A DNA stretch of 64,000 bases from a virus (taxonomy: Duplodnaviria > Caudoviricetes): positions 32,001-96,000 of the IMG/VR virus record IMGVR_UViG_3300020036_009553, one strand, 5' to 3'. The notes under the pieces were generated by a model. That model was not told where the DNA came from, did no database searches, and saw only the letters and a program-made list of their open reading frames with translations. The position numbers and the translations under genes are program-made. Below, piece by piece: positions 1 to 9,411 of the stretch. How positions within the stretch are numbered: the stretch's first letter is position 1; every line of letters begins with the position of its first letter.

Positions 1-951
1 TTGGTTGTTTTCTATGGACGAACGAAGATAGGCGATGGTAGTTAACCATCGCCCAACTATGAAATTACCCTATTACAAATATATTCTAAAGGGTCAAATC
101 ACCGTATTGCCCTATTATTACAATAGAGGAACCTTTCAGGAAAAGTCAACAAATATTTCATTTATTTTCCCATTTGCCCTGTAGAATCAGGTGGTTAGTT
201 CCATCGTAGAACCACGACGTTGGCTATTCACAGAAAACTTTTTGGATAAATCAACAGGGCAACTTTGAAGTGAACGCATAGTATTTTCATTATACATCAT
301 CCCAATGAAACCGTCAACAGGGCGGACGATGGTTCTAGGAATGATAGGCGCTCTCGCCGTCCATCCCGAGGTCTGCTCTTCGAATCAGTACGTATATTAT
401 CCCACATTACACGTGGGAAGACAACTACTGTTTCGTTGGACGACAAGAAACTCACCTCATACTACCAGTGATAAAATAGACTGCAGTGTATATCTGCATG
501 TTAACAGGTCTGTACAGGATGACCATTTCCAGTTGTATTGAAGACACCACTCTTGATACAAATCGCCGAGTTACTACCGGTTGTTGAGAACTGTATCTGC
601 CTCATGAACACATTGTGTGAGAAGTTTGTATCTATTAGTTAGCCGGTTCATGTTCTCGGGACTCACGCTTAAATGTTTCGGCCGCCCGCATTACTTTACG
701 TCACTACCTAATGTGATATTGTTCATTCCAACGCAACACATTCCCTGTTATTTAGTCGTCTCCGTAAAAATTCCATTATTTTTGAGTTTGCCATTGTGGA
801 ATTTTGACATTACTAGCCGAAGGAATGAAGTGGCAATTAACGGAGGAATGCGGGTTTGATACACTCCCAACAATTTGGTAGAAATGCTAACGTATTGATA
901 TTATTAAGGTTTTGATCCTCTCTCAAAGGAACAAACGAAAGTGTTGTGTCT

Positions 952-1175
952 TGTTGATTTATTTGCATGGATGAGATATAATTATTGAACTGTCAAACGC
1001 AACAAGTGGAGAAGATTTAGATGTTGACATTCTCCAGCAATTAAAGTAAAATGTCTTCACTGTAGTAAATCAAGCACCGAAAGAAGTAGTGAACAAGTTT
1101 TTGAAACGCAGTAAAAAAGATGTTGACATGAGCAGTAAATTGATGTAGAATGTCCTTACTGTAGTAGATCAAGAG
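952..1175 (+). promoter_or_regulatory. Three tandem sigma70-type early promoters upstream of the 1230 ORF
   Basis: TTGATT-17-TATAAT (~953), TTGACA-17-TAAAAT (~1024) and TTGACA-17-TAGAAT (~1124); the last two share the downstream motif ACTGTAGTARATCAAG. Confidence 0.8.
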
Positions 1176-1229
1176 TAGTTGAACAAATAACCCTTTCTTT
1201 TTTATCTCTCTTTTTTGAGGAGTTGCACC

Positions 1230-1799
1230 ATGGAAAATATCAACATGACCACCGATACCAACACCACCGAATCCAACGTTCCGGCCTTCAACGATGAAGC
1301 GTTTGACGCCGCCCAAGTTGTGGTGAAGTCGCCTGCTGACATCGCCGCCGAAATGGCCGCGACCGCCGCCGCCAAGAAGGCCGAACGCGACGCCGAAGTC
1401 GCCAAGGCCGCCGCCGAGAAGGCCGAGCGGAAGGCTCAACGTGAAGCCGACAAGATCGCTCGCGACGCGGCGAAGGCCGAGACCAAGGCGACCAACGAAG
1501 CGAACCGTGAAGCCGCCAAGGTTGCCCGTGAAGCCAAGGTTGCTGCCGAAAACGAAGTCAAGGCGGCCAACAAGGCCAAGCGTGAAGCCGAAAAGGCTGC
1601 TCGTGATGCGCTGAAGGCCGACAAGGTCGAAAAAGGTCCTTCCAAGCGGTCGATCGTTCAGCCGATCATTGTTGCGAACATCGCGGCCGGCGTTGCCCGT
1701 AAGGACACGATTGATCTGCTCATGGCCAACTACGGCATGACGAAGTCGGGCGCTGCGACGTACTACCAGAATGTCCACAGCGGTGCGTGGACGAAGTAA
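1230..1799 (+). CDS. Ala/Lys/Glu-rich coiled-coil protein with C-terminal GA.TYY(Q)N helical (HTH-like) domain
   Basis: GAGGAG RBS before ATG 1230; GC-rich codon bias; C-terminus LLMANYGMTKSGAATYYQN is shared with three other ORFs in the window. Confidence 0.85.
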   Translation: MENINMTTDTNTTESNVPAFNDEAFDAAQVVVKSPADIAAEMAATAAAKKAERDAEVAKAAAEKAERKAQREADKIARDAAKAETKATNEANREAAKVAREAKVAAENEVKAANKAKREAEKAARDALKADKVEKGPSKRSIVQPIIVANIAAGVARKDTIDLLMANYGMTKSGAATYYQNVHSGAWTK

Positions 1800-1810
1800 C
1801 CAGTAAGGTA

Positions 1811-1845
1811 GAAAAGGGGGGAGGTTTTCCCCCTTTTCTATTTTC
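1811..1845 (+). terminator. Intrinsic terminator
   Basis: GAAAAGGGG/CCCCTTTTC stem followed by a T-rich tract. Confidence 0.75.
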
Positions 1846-1905
1846 GTTGATTTCTTCTTCGGGGTAAGATATAATAATCGCATTGATTTGAGGAGTTCAA
1901 CGAAA

Positions 1906-2073
1906 ATGAAACCATACGGACATTGCAGGAGAGACAAACTGGAGTGCAAATTTGGTTGTTGCACTACCAAGAGCGGAAAGAAAATGTGTTGCCGCAAGCT
2001 GGTTGATCGTGCAAACAAAAAGGCAGCGCGTCAATTCGCGAAAAAATTGATCAAACTTGTGTTTGGAGAATAG
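1906..2073 (+). CDS. Small basic Cys-rich hypothetical protein
   Basis: Own promoter (~1847) and GAGGAG RBS. Confidence 0.65.
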   Translation: MKPYGHCRRDKLECKFGCCTTKSGKKMCCRKLVDRANKKAARQFAKKLIKLVFGE

Positions 2074-2543
2074 CATGTATCGGAGAAACAGTCAGCAATT
2101 TGCCATTGGAACTCGGGTGGAGTTTTTTACGAGCCCCCACACCAAGGATTTTTCATGTGGCACAATAGTTGGCCGTGCCGATAACTATATGTTGATTGTA
2201 CAATTGGATACCCCCCTGACAGATGGATCAACGGCCATTGTACTCGACACGAAGATGGTTACGATCATTTAATCAATGAACGAGCCTAAAAAACAAATCA
2301 ATAACCTTGGTGAAGTGAGCATTTACATTCGTGCTAGGAGGGAAGAACTCACCCAGCAATGGGAGAAGACCAAGGAGACCAGCATACTGTCAAGGATGCA
2401 CGAACTGCAGAAACTTTACAATTTGATTAACTCGAAAGATTCATAATTGAATCTTTCACAGAAGTGTATTTTTTAACGGGCGGTTAGCTCAGTTGGTTAG
2501 TAGCAGTGGACTCTCACCGATGCCTTGAATTATCGAGGTGTCT

Positions 2544-2591
2544 TGTCCCTCATAAAGCATAAATAAGTAAAAGGTGCTTTATGAGGGGACA
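2544..2591 (+). promoter_or_regulatory. RBS-sequestering hairpin with late promoter CATAAATA (2558-2565) at its loop
   Basis: TGTCCCTCATAAAGCA pairs with TGCTTTATGAGGGGACA, covering the SD of ATG 2595; same layout as T4 homing endonuclease control. Confidence 0.75.
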
Positions 2592-2594
2592 GAA

Positions 2595-3056
2595 ATGAGT
2601 GTTTTGTATTCAGTAGATATGTTAAGAGATGCTGTAAGTGAGTCTTTGTGTTATAGTGATGTAACCAGAAAATTGGGAGTGTCTTTGTGCACATTCAATT
2701 TTAAACGCATCCAGAAGTTGTGTGATGAATATGGTATATCAGTTGACCATTTTGACGTAAAGAAGGCGTTTCGAAGAAACAAAAAGGAATACGGCAAGAA
2801 TGAGATTTTTGTAGAAAACAGTAGAATATCACGAAGTCGGTTGAGACCAGCGTGTATCAGGCTAGGAATTTACCCTGGAAAATGCGGAGAGTGTGGTATT
2901 GAAGAAGTTTGGAATGGCAAACCTCTAATCATTGAGGTTGACCACATAAACGGAAACAGTACTGATAATCGACTAGAGAATTTACGGTTTTTATGCCCTA
3001 ATTGTCATTCCCAGACTCACACATATCGAAGGCGGATTTCCCGCCGTACTGAATAA
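2595..3056 (+). CDS. HNH homing endonuclease inserted in the tRNA
   Basis: CGECG...EVDHINGNSTDNRLENLRFLCPNCHSQT HNH/zinc motif; stop codon TAA 3054-3056 is the start of the tRNA 3' half. Confidence 0.92.
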   Translation: MSVLYSVDMLRDAVSESLCYSDVTRKLGVSLCTFNFKRIQKLCDEYGISVDHFDVKKAFRRNKKEYGKNEIFVENSRISRSRLRPACIRLGIYPGKCGECGIEEVWNGKPLIIEVDHINGNSTDNRLENLRFLCPNCHSQTHTYRRRISRRTE

Positions 3057-3298
3057 TCCATTGGTCACTGGTTCGAGTCCAGTACCGCCCACCATATTCA
3101 CACGGAGGTAACGATGAGCAACAAACAAATCAAACAAGATCGAGATCGATATCTACAACTGTTGGCCGAAGTGGCTGAGTTGTTGAACGGCATTCAACCA
3201 CCGTTGACCTCTGCACAAAAACAGGGTGTTCTTGACGGAACTCTCAAGCTGAAAACTGATGCCGATGGTGGGATCACTGTTGAATAGGGCATAATTTA

Positions 3299-4528
3299 AT
3301 GAAAAGTAATCTGTATATTCCCAAAACCATCACGGTTGGGTTTCGAGAACGCAGTGACACGTTCACAGGAAAGCTCGGTTATGTAATTTATACCGACCAC
3401 AAAGGCGTGTTGCGGAAACAGGCATCGTGGAATTCGTGGAGAGATTTGAAGATTGCAACAATTCAACTCGATAATACTCCACAACCTGGATTCTGCCTGA
3501 ACAAAGGCGTCCAACGGGATGGATATTGGGGTAATGGACGCTCTGTCATTCGTGTCTGGGATCCTCGGGATTTTGAGTTTGAGATTTCTGTTGATAACTT
3601 GATCGGCATTTTAATGCATGCCGATGTCTCAAAGCGGGATATCACCGAACCTTGTGTGTTTGCTTGGAATGGGACAGAGTTGATCTTGCTGCCAACAAAT
3701 TCTGTGGAATATCAACAGTCGGTGGAACATACCGCAAAACAATGTGTCACATTTTCCAGTAGGTCTCTGGTGGCTGGATATACCTATTCTGTTCGCGCGG
3801 ATAATCTTTCTGTTGTGTACCTGGGATACCTCCAACGATGGGAGGCTGTCAACCACACATATAGTTACCGGCGTGATACGGATGTCCCGCCGTCGCTGAA
3901 ACAACTCAAAAAACGTAAAGGACACGTGTTCATCGATCCATCCACGAAACGAATTTACGTCAAAGACCCATCAGCGTTTATCTCGGGCGTCGAGGTCGAA
4001 GAATGTCACAACAAGTTTGCAGATTTATTGCAAGCATATTACGGTGACATTAACAGCCAACCGTGGATCGGTTGCAGCATTCTACCCGCTACTGAGGGGT
4101 ATCGTACTAGGCTATGGGGAAGAATTAACAATACAGATTTCGTCGAATTTGCTTTTACTGATGATTTTATCGGGTATGATAATAACCGTAGACCACCTAA
4201 GGTAGAAGTGACGAGGTTTGGTCGGTATGATCCGTCTGTTCCTGGTTTTACATTTTCTAGTACTGACCAACAGCCTAATTATTGGACAGCTCGTGGAAAG
4301 ACTGTCCCAAGGTTAGCTGGGTTGGCTATCGATCAACCGGAAGTAATTGCTTTGGGAGGGCTTATTCTAAGTCATCTGGTTGCAAACCCATCCGATAAAA
4401 CGTCTTTTACGTGGCAACAAAAGAAAATTCACATGAAGAAGATATTCGCTGAGATGTACACAAATTCCAACATTGGAGAGCTTTCTGTCGTATTGTCTGA
4501 TGGGAAAATCGCCAAAACTGAAATATAA
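3299..4528 (+). CDS. Hypothetical phage protein (409 aa)
   Basis: Long ORF in gene-dense context. Confidence 0.8.
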   Translation: MKSNLYIPKTITVGFRERSDTFTGKLGYVIYTDHKGVLRKQASWNSWRDLKIATIQLDNTPQPGFCLNKGVQRDGYWGNGRSVIRVWDPRDFEFEISVDNLIGILMHADVSKRDITEPCVFAWNGTELILLPTNSVEYQQSVEHTAKQCVTFSSRSLVAGYTYSVRADNLSVVYLGYLQRWEAVNHTYSYRRDTDVPPSLKQLKKRKGHVFIDPSTKRIYVKDPSAFISGVEVEECHNKFADLLQAYYGDINSQPWIGCSILPATEGYRTRLWGRINNTDFVEFAFTDDFIGYDNNRRPPKVEVTRFGRYDPSVPGFTFSSTDQQPNYWTARGKTVPRLAGLAIDQPEVIALGGLILSHLVANPSDKTSFTWQQKKIHMKKIFAEMYTNSNIGELSVVLSDGKIAKTEI

Positions 4529-4542
4529 AAGGAATTGATAAC

Positions 4543-4986
4543 ATGACAACACAAATTGATAGTAAAATCACAGCGATGTTCGCCAAGGTGAGCGAACGCA
4601 AAGCAAAGTGTAAAGAACTCCGGCAGCAAATCTCTGCACCATGGAAAACAAACTGTTCGTTCATCCCACTGGGGGCTACTGTTCCAGTGAATATTCAAAC
4701 AGCTTCGGCTGAAATGGTGTACTCTATTGCTACAACGTTGGGAGTATTGATCGTTGGAGCTACGTGTGCAAGTGAGAATTTTGGTTTGACCATCACCGTA
4801 AAAATCCAAGGGTATGTCCCAACTGATTGGTTTACTGATCTGAAGAAGCGGCTTGCTGCGATTAACATCCGCGACGAAGAGAAGCAACTGGCTGACATTG
4901 AAGAACGACTGACAAAAGTTCTCTCTCCGGAAGAACAACGTCGGTTGGAGGTTGAAATGCTGGCCAAAGAAATTGGGCTTGAGTAA
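4543..4986 (+). CDS. Hypothetical coiled-coil protein
   Basis: AAGGA RBS, operonic with the preceding ORF. Confidence 0.75.
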   Translation: MTTQIDSKITAMFAKVSERKAKCKELRQQISAPWKTNCSFIPLGATVPVNIQTASAEMVYSIATTLGVLIVGATCASENFGLTITVKIQGYVPTDWFTDLKKRLAAINIRDEEKQLADIEERLTKVLSPEEQRRLEVEMLAKEIGLE

Positions 4987-5060
4987 TTATTGTTGACAAT
5001 GAGTGGAAAATTAGAGATAATACTATTTTAACTTTCCACTAATGACAAGGATATATCATT

Positions 5061-5507
5061 ATGTCCCAACCGGATGATATTTTTGACCAGGCTGCCAAGC
5101 GAAGTGTTCGTGATGTGGTGGAGGCAGCGATTAAACTCGCGTTGACTACCACTCCACGGGAGGTGTTGGACATTATGCTGATCGCCTGTGCACTTCAGGC
5201 AGGGCTCAAGTATTGCGTAGCTAATGCTAATCGCCGCGAAGTTTCTCAATCTATGAACTGGTATTCGAACTGTCACGATTTTGTGAACACTACAGCAGTC
5301 GGCCATCCAGATTTGGAAGTTGCTTTGAAAGATGCCATTCGTGGGGTTGATCATTATGTCGAGATAGTGGATTCTCTCAAAGACAAGTATGGAATTAATT
5401 TGATGGATTATTTCATGTTTAGCCGTAACAGCCATCTGGACCAGCGCCCCACGTACGCAGTGCTGGAAACGGACGCGAGGAGACGCCTGGGAATAATAAA
5501 TCTGTAG
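5061..5507 (+). CDS. Hypothetical protein
   Basis: Own promoter (~4993) and AAGGA RBS. Confidence 0.7.
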   Translation: MSQPDDIFDQAAKRSVRDVVEAAIKLALTTTPREVLDIMLIACALQAGLKYCVANANRREVSQSMNWYSNCHDFVNTTAVGHPDLEVALKDAIRGVDHYVEIVDSLKDKYGINLMDYFMFSRNSHLDQRPTYAVLETDARRRLGIINL

Positions 5508-5515
5508 TGCCGCCC

Positions 5516-6154
5516 GCCCGGGTGGTGAAATCGGTAGACACAAGGGACTCAACAGGGTCACTAGCGAAAAATGAATTGGTAGCCAGAAAACGTTGATATA
5601 TTATGATCAGCTAATCCAGGCGTAACAAGTCAAGGGAAACCCGCTAGTAGTATTTCCGTAAATTCGGCGAACGCTAAAACAAGCAGACGGCAAGGCATCT
5701 CGGTAAGAGCAAGGGACGAGGAAATAGTAACACTCGTGGTTAAATCTACTTATTGAGATGGTTAAAACTAGAATGCTTGTTATGCCAACGCCGAGCCGAG
5801 CCTGTACTTTGAACGGTGGACCGTTTAACTAAGTACCGTAGTGAGGATGCAACTGGCTTACTTAAATGTAAACAATGATAGTATCTGTGCCAGTAGAACC
5901 ATAAAGGTAAGTATAGGAAGGTGTAGAGACTAGAGACGGAATGCCTGGGCGGTAGGCTTACGGGATGCTGATATAATCCCGCCGAGTAACCGTATGGTGA
6001 TAGCATAGTCCAGACCACGAACAATCGCTCACGATTAGAAAACGAGTGAGTAATAGCTAAAGCAACGGGTAGCTAGATTGGCGGCGAAAACCGAAGTGGT
6101 AAGTAAAATCCCTCGCCGTAAGGCATGCGGGTTCGATTCCCGCCCCGGGCACCA
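5516..6154 (+). tRNA. tRNA-Leu(TAA) with group I intron (exons 5516-5549 and 6104-6154)
   Basis: GCCCGGG/CCCGGGC-A-CCA acceptor, AGGGA-CT|TAA-AA-TCCCT anticodon arm after splicing, long variable arm GCC-GTAA-GGC. Confidence 0.88.
5550..6103 (+). ncRNA. Group I self-splicing intron, no convincing ORF
   Basis: 5' exon ends in U; P1 GACUC-AACA-GGGUC with U.G; P AAATTCGGCGAA (~5660), Q AACGCCGAGC (~5787), R GTAGAGACTA (~5922), S CATAGTCC (~6004); terminal G6103. Confidence 0.88.
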
Positions 6155-6518
6155 ACAAAAAACTCATCTGCTATAATAATAAGTGTTGCTTAACGAAAGC
6201 GACCAATGAACTGCTTCGGGCATTATTAACATTCTAATGCCTTTCCATAGTCCGCCAGATGGGACGATAGTGGATAAAGTGGTGCTGGACATTCTCCGTT
6301 AGTGGAGCCGGCCAACAGCAAATAGAATACTAACTAACCATATGATTAATGGCGGCTATATTACTGGGGTGGCTGGTTAACCAGGCGAGCGACTGACCAT
6401 ACGATGGCTTGGGCGAATAGCCCAGGCTGTTTCTCCTTCCCGCCGATAGTGGTAATGTTGATATAGTGTAAACTTTTATGTATAATTTCTCTATTGAAAA
6501 ATTCACATGGAGAAAACA

Positions 6519-7028
6519 ATGTCCAACAATTACGTATACATTGGATGGTATGTAGAAGCGCAAACCATTGGTGGAACGGAATATGAAGGAAGCCGAGTTT
6601 GTTCGCATCATCCCGAACATCCAATAATGCAAGGTGGGGACTTCTGTCCTATTTGTGGCAATCAAGTTGTATTTGCAGCCGTCGCTAGACATACACAGCG
6701 CCATTTTTCTGCCTTGTTAAAAATGTCCTGGCAGCCTCCCTTCCATCAGGAAGATTGGCGATCTTCTGTTCCTGAACAAGATAAATCAACTCTGGTATTG
6801 TATTTTGGTAACTTATCGCAAGATAAGTCATTGAGACAGCCGGGGGTGGATGTTGTTTATCCTATTGACTCATGCTGTTACAGGATTATTGATCTCCCTC
6901 CACATAGGAGAATATCAGTCTCTCCTTCGTTGGAACGCCCCAATGACGACATGGTTGCTTTGCTGGCACGGACGATGAAATATTCTTCCTATGAAGTAAA
7001 ATACGGAATGGTGTGGTTAGAAGATTGA
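6519..7028 (+). CDS. Hypothetical protein with zinc-ribbon (FCPICG)
   Basis: Promoter ~6458, GGAG RBS, CxxC motif. Confidence 0.7.
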   Translation: MSNNYVYIGWYVEAQTIGGTEYEGSRVCSHHPEHPIMQGGDFCPICGNQVVFAAVARHTQRHFSALLKMSWQPPFHQEDWRSSVPEQDKSTLVLYFGNLSQDKSLRQPGVDVVYPIDSCCYRIIDLPPHRRISVSPSLERPNDDMVALLARTMKYSSYEVKYGMVWLED

Positions 7029-7089
7029 CATTACAGTAATGATGCTGTATACTTGTCAGTATTGAAACAGTCCAAAAAGGAAATAGCAA

Positions 7090-9348
7090 ATGATCACGAA
7101 TCAATTCCAAGCTCCTGTTGAACGTTCCGGTGTTGCGGCTGAAAGTGTATTTCACATCAATGCCAGTGCAAAGGCATTTGAGATCCTTTCTTCCACATTG
7201 TACTCGGACAAAATTCAAGCGATCGTTCGGGAGCTAGCGTGCAATGCCTACGATGCTCACGTCGCTGCAGGAAATCAAGATACGCCGATTGAGATCCATT
7301 TGCCATCACCATTGGATGCCACATTTTACGTTAAGGATTTCGGCACGGGGTTATCCCGCGAACAAGTTGTTGGGCATACTGATGCCACGGGCCGTTTTAT
7401 TCCTGGGATCTATCAGACGTTTTTTGATAGCGACAAGACTGACAGTAATAATTTTATTGGTGCTCTCGGGCTTGGGTCAAAGTCACCATTTTCGTACACC
7501 AGTCAATTTACTGTGGAATCGCGGTTCAATGGAACATGCTACGTCTTCCTGGCGTTTAAGAATGAGGAAGGATTGCCATCAATTGTTGAAATCTCTCATG
7601 CTCCAACAATTGACCCTAATGGTCTGACAGTATCGTTGTCGGTTCGTTCGGAGGACATTGGTAAGTTTTTTAACGCTGCAAAGTTGGCGTTGATGTATTT
7701 CAATCCAGCTCCAACGGTTCTCGGGCGGTGGGATTTTGGATCTGCTCACAGGTTGGTTCACACCGTGTCAGGCACAAATTGGAAGATTCGTGAGGCGGAT
7801 TATTATGCCAATATGATTGGCCCTCGTGTTGTGCAGGGGTTTGTATCATATCCAGTTCTGACCCACATGTTATCTCAACATGTTGCTTTATCTGTAGGCG
7901 CCGCCGGATTGTTGAGCACAGATGTTGATTTGTACGTACCAATTGGAGAGATTGATGTTGCTCCCTCTCGTGAAGCGTTGTCTTATAACAAGAAAACATG
8001 CGTTAGTTTGATTACAGCTCTGGAACAGGCCGCCGATGAGATGCGGGCAGGGTTTCAGAGTTCATTCGACAAGTGCGCCACCAGGTGGGAGATGCTTTGT
8101 CTTCTCGAGAAGCTGACGAAGAGTTCTTCGCAGAAGTTCAATGCAGTATTTGCTTCAATGCATAAAAGCATCCCATTCACCTGGAACGGGGATGAAATTG
8201 CGGATGTAGTATCCATGGACCTGAGTGAGTGCTATCTCATGGGCATCCAGCGTGTATCACGATCAGTTAATCGTCGTGGTATTATGGCCCGCAAAGTGAA
8301 CATGTCGGACGTATGGGGGAAGGGTCGGGGAAGTTCAGATACTGCTGAGCTGCCATGTACTAATCCAAGCAAGATTAAGTTTTTGGTGGAGCGGACTGGG
8401 AAGGTGCTCGGGCCTGTGTTCTTTCAAGCATACACAGATACCTTTGGAGCTACGGAAGATCATCTGTTGTATGTGATTCGGTCCATTCCTGGTTGTGGGT
8501 ATTCTGCGGCTGAAACAAAGATGATTCTCGAGCAATTTGGGAATCCTCCCGTTGAGTATGCTGATGAGGTGATGGCAAAGGTACAAGTCGTTAAAAAACA
8601 ATACGTTAAGAAAGATAAAGAAGTTAAAATGTTTTGGACGGGGTTCCGTACCAAGCGCGTTCGTGGGAGGATGGTTGAAAATAATTCATACTCCCGTCTC
8701 ACATGGGACAATGCTACTTTTGATCCTTCGGAAGGTGGGTATTACGTAGTTGTTGATCGTTTTACGCCAATGAACGGTGATCAGCCAGTAGCCAACCTCA
8801 AACAATTCATTGGGGCTGCCCAGACGTTACATTATATCCCAGAAGGGGTTACGATATGGGGGCTAACGAAGAATGATGCTCGTGAAATCGAAGACGATGA
8901 GCAATGGATTAATGTGGTTACCGACACAGCTCTCCAATTCGAAACTGATAATGAACAAGGAGAGTTGACGAACAAGGTCAATGTAACAACCACACTGAAT
9001 CAAGTTCATCGTACCATGGGATGGGCATATTCGCGCATTGTCGGTGTGTGGACGCCTTCTATATCCCAAACATGTTGCGATGGAGAATTTAAGACATATA
9101 TTGAAAAAATCTATCAACTCATTCAAACTGCTGATGAGCCATGTGAAATAAAAGCAATCCGGTGCTTGGCTACTCAGTTTGGTGATTGTCTTCAGCAGAC
9201 GCCTGAGGCGATAGCCGCTATCACTTCTCAATGGGAAGCCATCCTCAAGAAATACCCAATGTTACAATTTATTGATTGTTCATACACTCATTCATCCGAG
9301 TTAGTTGCAATTATACTCGAATATATTGGGTTGGTGGAACGGAAGTAG
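7090..9348 (+). CDS. rIIA: rIIA-like protein (N-terminal GHKL/Hsp90-like ATPase)
   Basis: KAFEILSSTLYSDKIQAIVRELACNAYDAH, DFGTGLS, IGALGLGSKSPFSYT, PSREALSY motifs. Confidence 0.92.
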   Translation: MITNQFQAPVERSGVAAESVFHINASAKAFEILSSTLYSDKIQAIVRELACNAYDAHVAAGNQDTPIEIHLPSPLDATFYVKDFGTGLSREQVVGHTDATGRFIPGIYQTFFDSDKTDSNNFIGALGLGSKSPFSYTSQFTVESRFNGTCYVFLAFKNEEGLPSIVEISHAPTIDPNGLTVSLSVRSEDIGKFFNAAKLALMYFNPAPTVLGRWDFGSAHRLVHTVSGTNWKIREADYYANMIGPRVVQGFVSYPVLTHMLSQHVALSVGAAGLLSTDVDLYVPIGEIDVAPSREALSYNKKTCVSLITALEQAADEMRAGFQSSFDKCATRWEMLCLLEKLTKSSSQKFNAVFASMHKSIPFTWNGDEIADVVSMDLSECYLMGIQRVSRSVNRRGIMARKVNMSDVWGKGRGSSDTAELPCTNPSKIKFLVERTGKVLGPVFFQAYTDTFGATEDHLLYVIRSIPGCGYSAAETKMILEQFGNPPVEYADEVMAKVQVVKKQYVKKDKEVKMFWTGFRTKRVRGRMVENNSYSRLTWDNATFDPSEGGYYVVVDRFTPMNGDQPVANLKQFIGAAQTLHYIPEGVTIWGLTKNDAREIEDDEQWINVVTDTALQFETDNEQGELTNKVNVTTTLNQVHRTMGWAYSRIVGVWTPSISQTCCDGEFKTYIEKIYQLIQTADEPCEIKAIRCLATQFGDCLQQTPEAIAAITSQWEAILKKYPMLQFIDCSYTHSSELVAIILEYIGLVERK

Positions 9349-9411
9349 TTGACATTTGTAAAACACGTGGGTATAATGTTGTTATAGTATTCCACCACAA
9401 AGGAAAAAACG

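Larger units (their letters stand above)
2478..3094 (+). tRNA. Interrupted tRNA; 5' half 2478-2514 and 3' half 3054-3094 give tRNA-Lys(CTT), while an alternative junction gives anticodon CAT
   Basis: Acceptor stem GGGCGGT/ACCGCCC-A-CCA, anticodon stem GTGGA/TCCAT, T arm ACTGG-TTCGAGT-CCAGT; 539 bp insert in the anticodon loop. Confidence 0.85.

Noticed and set aside
1041-2018. 325 aa minus-strand ORF, and similar ones at 11276-12253, 15302-16138 and 26034-26798
   Set aside because: Antisense shadows of codon-biased + strand genes that have their own promoters and RBSs
2515-3053. Group I intron in the first tRNA
   Set aside because: No P/Q/R/S core found and almost no non-coding room; needs confirmation by a covariance-model search
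5550-5552. tRNA-Leu with anticodon CAA
   Set aside because: Group I rules (exon ends in U paired to G, intron ends in G6103) place CAA inside the intron and give TAA
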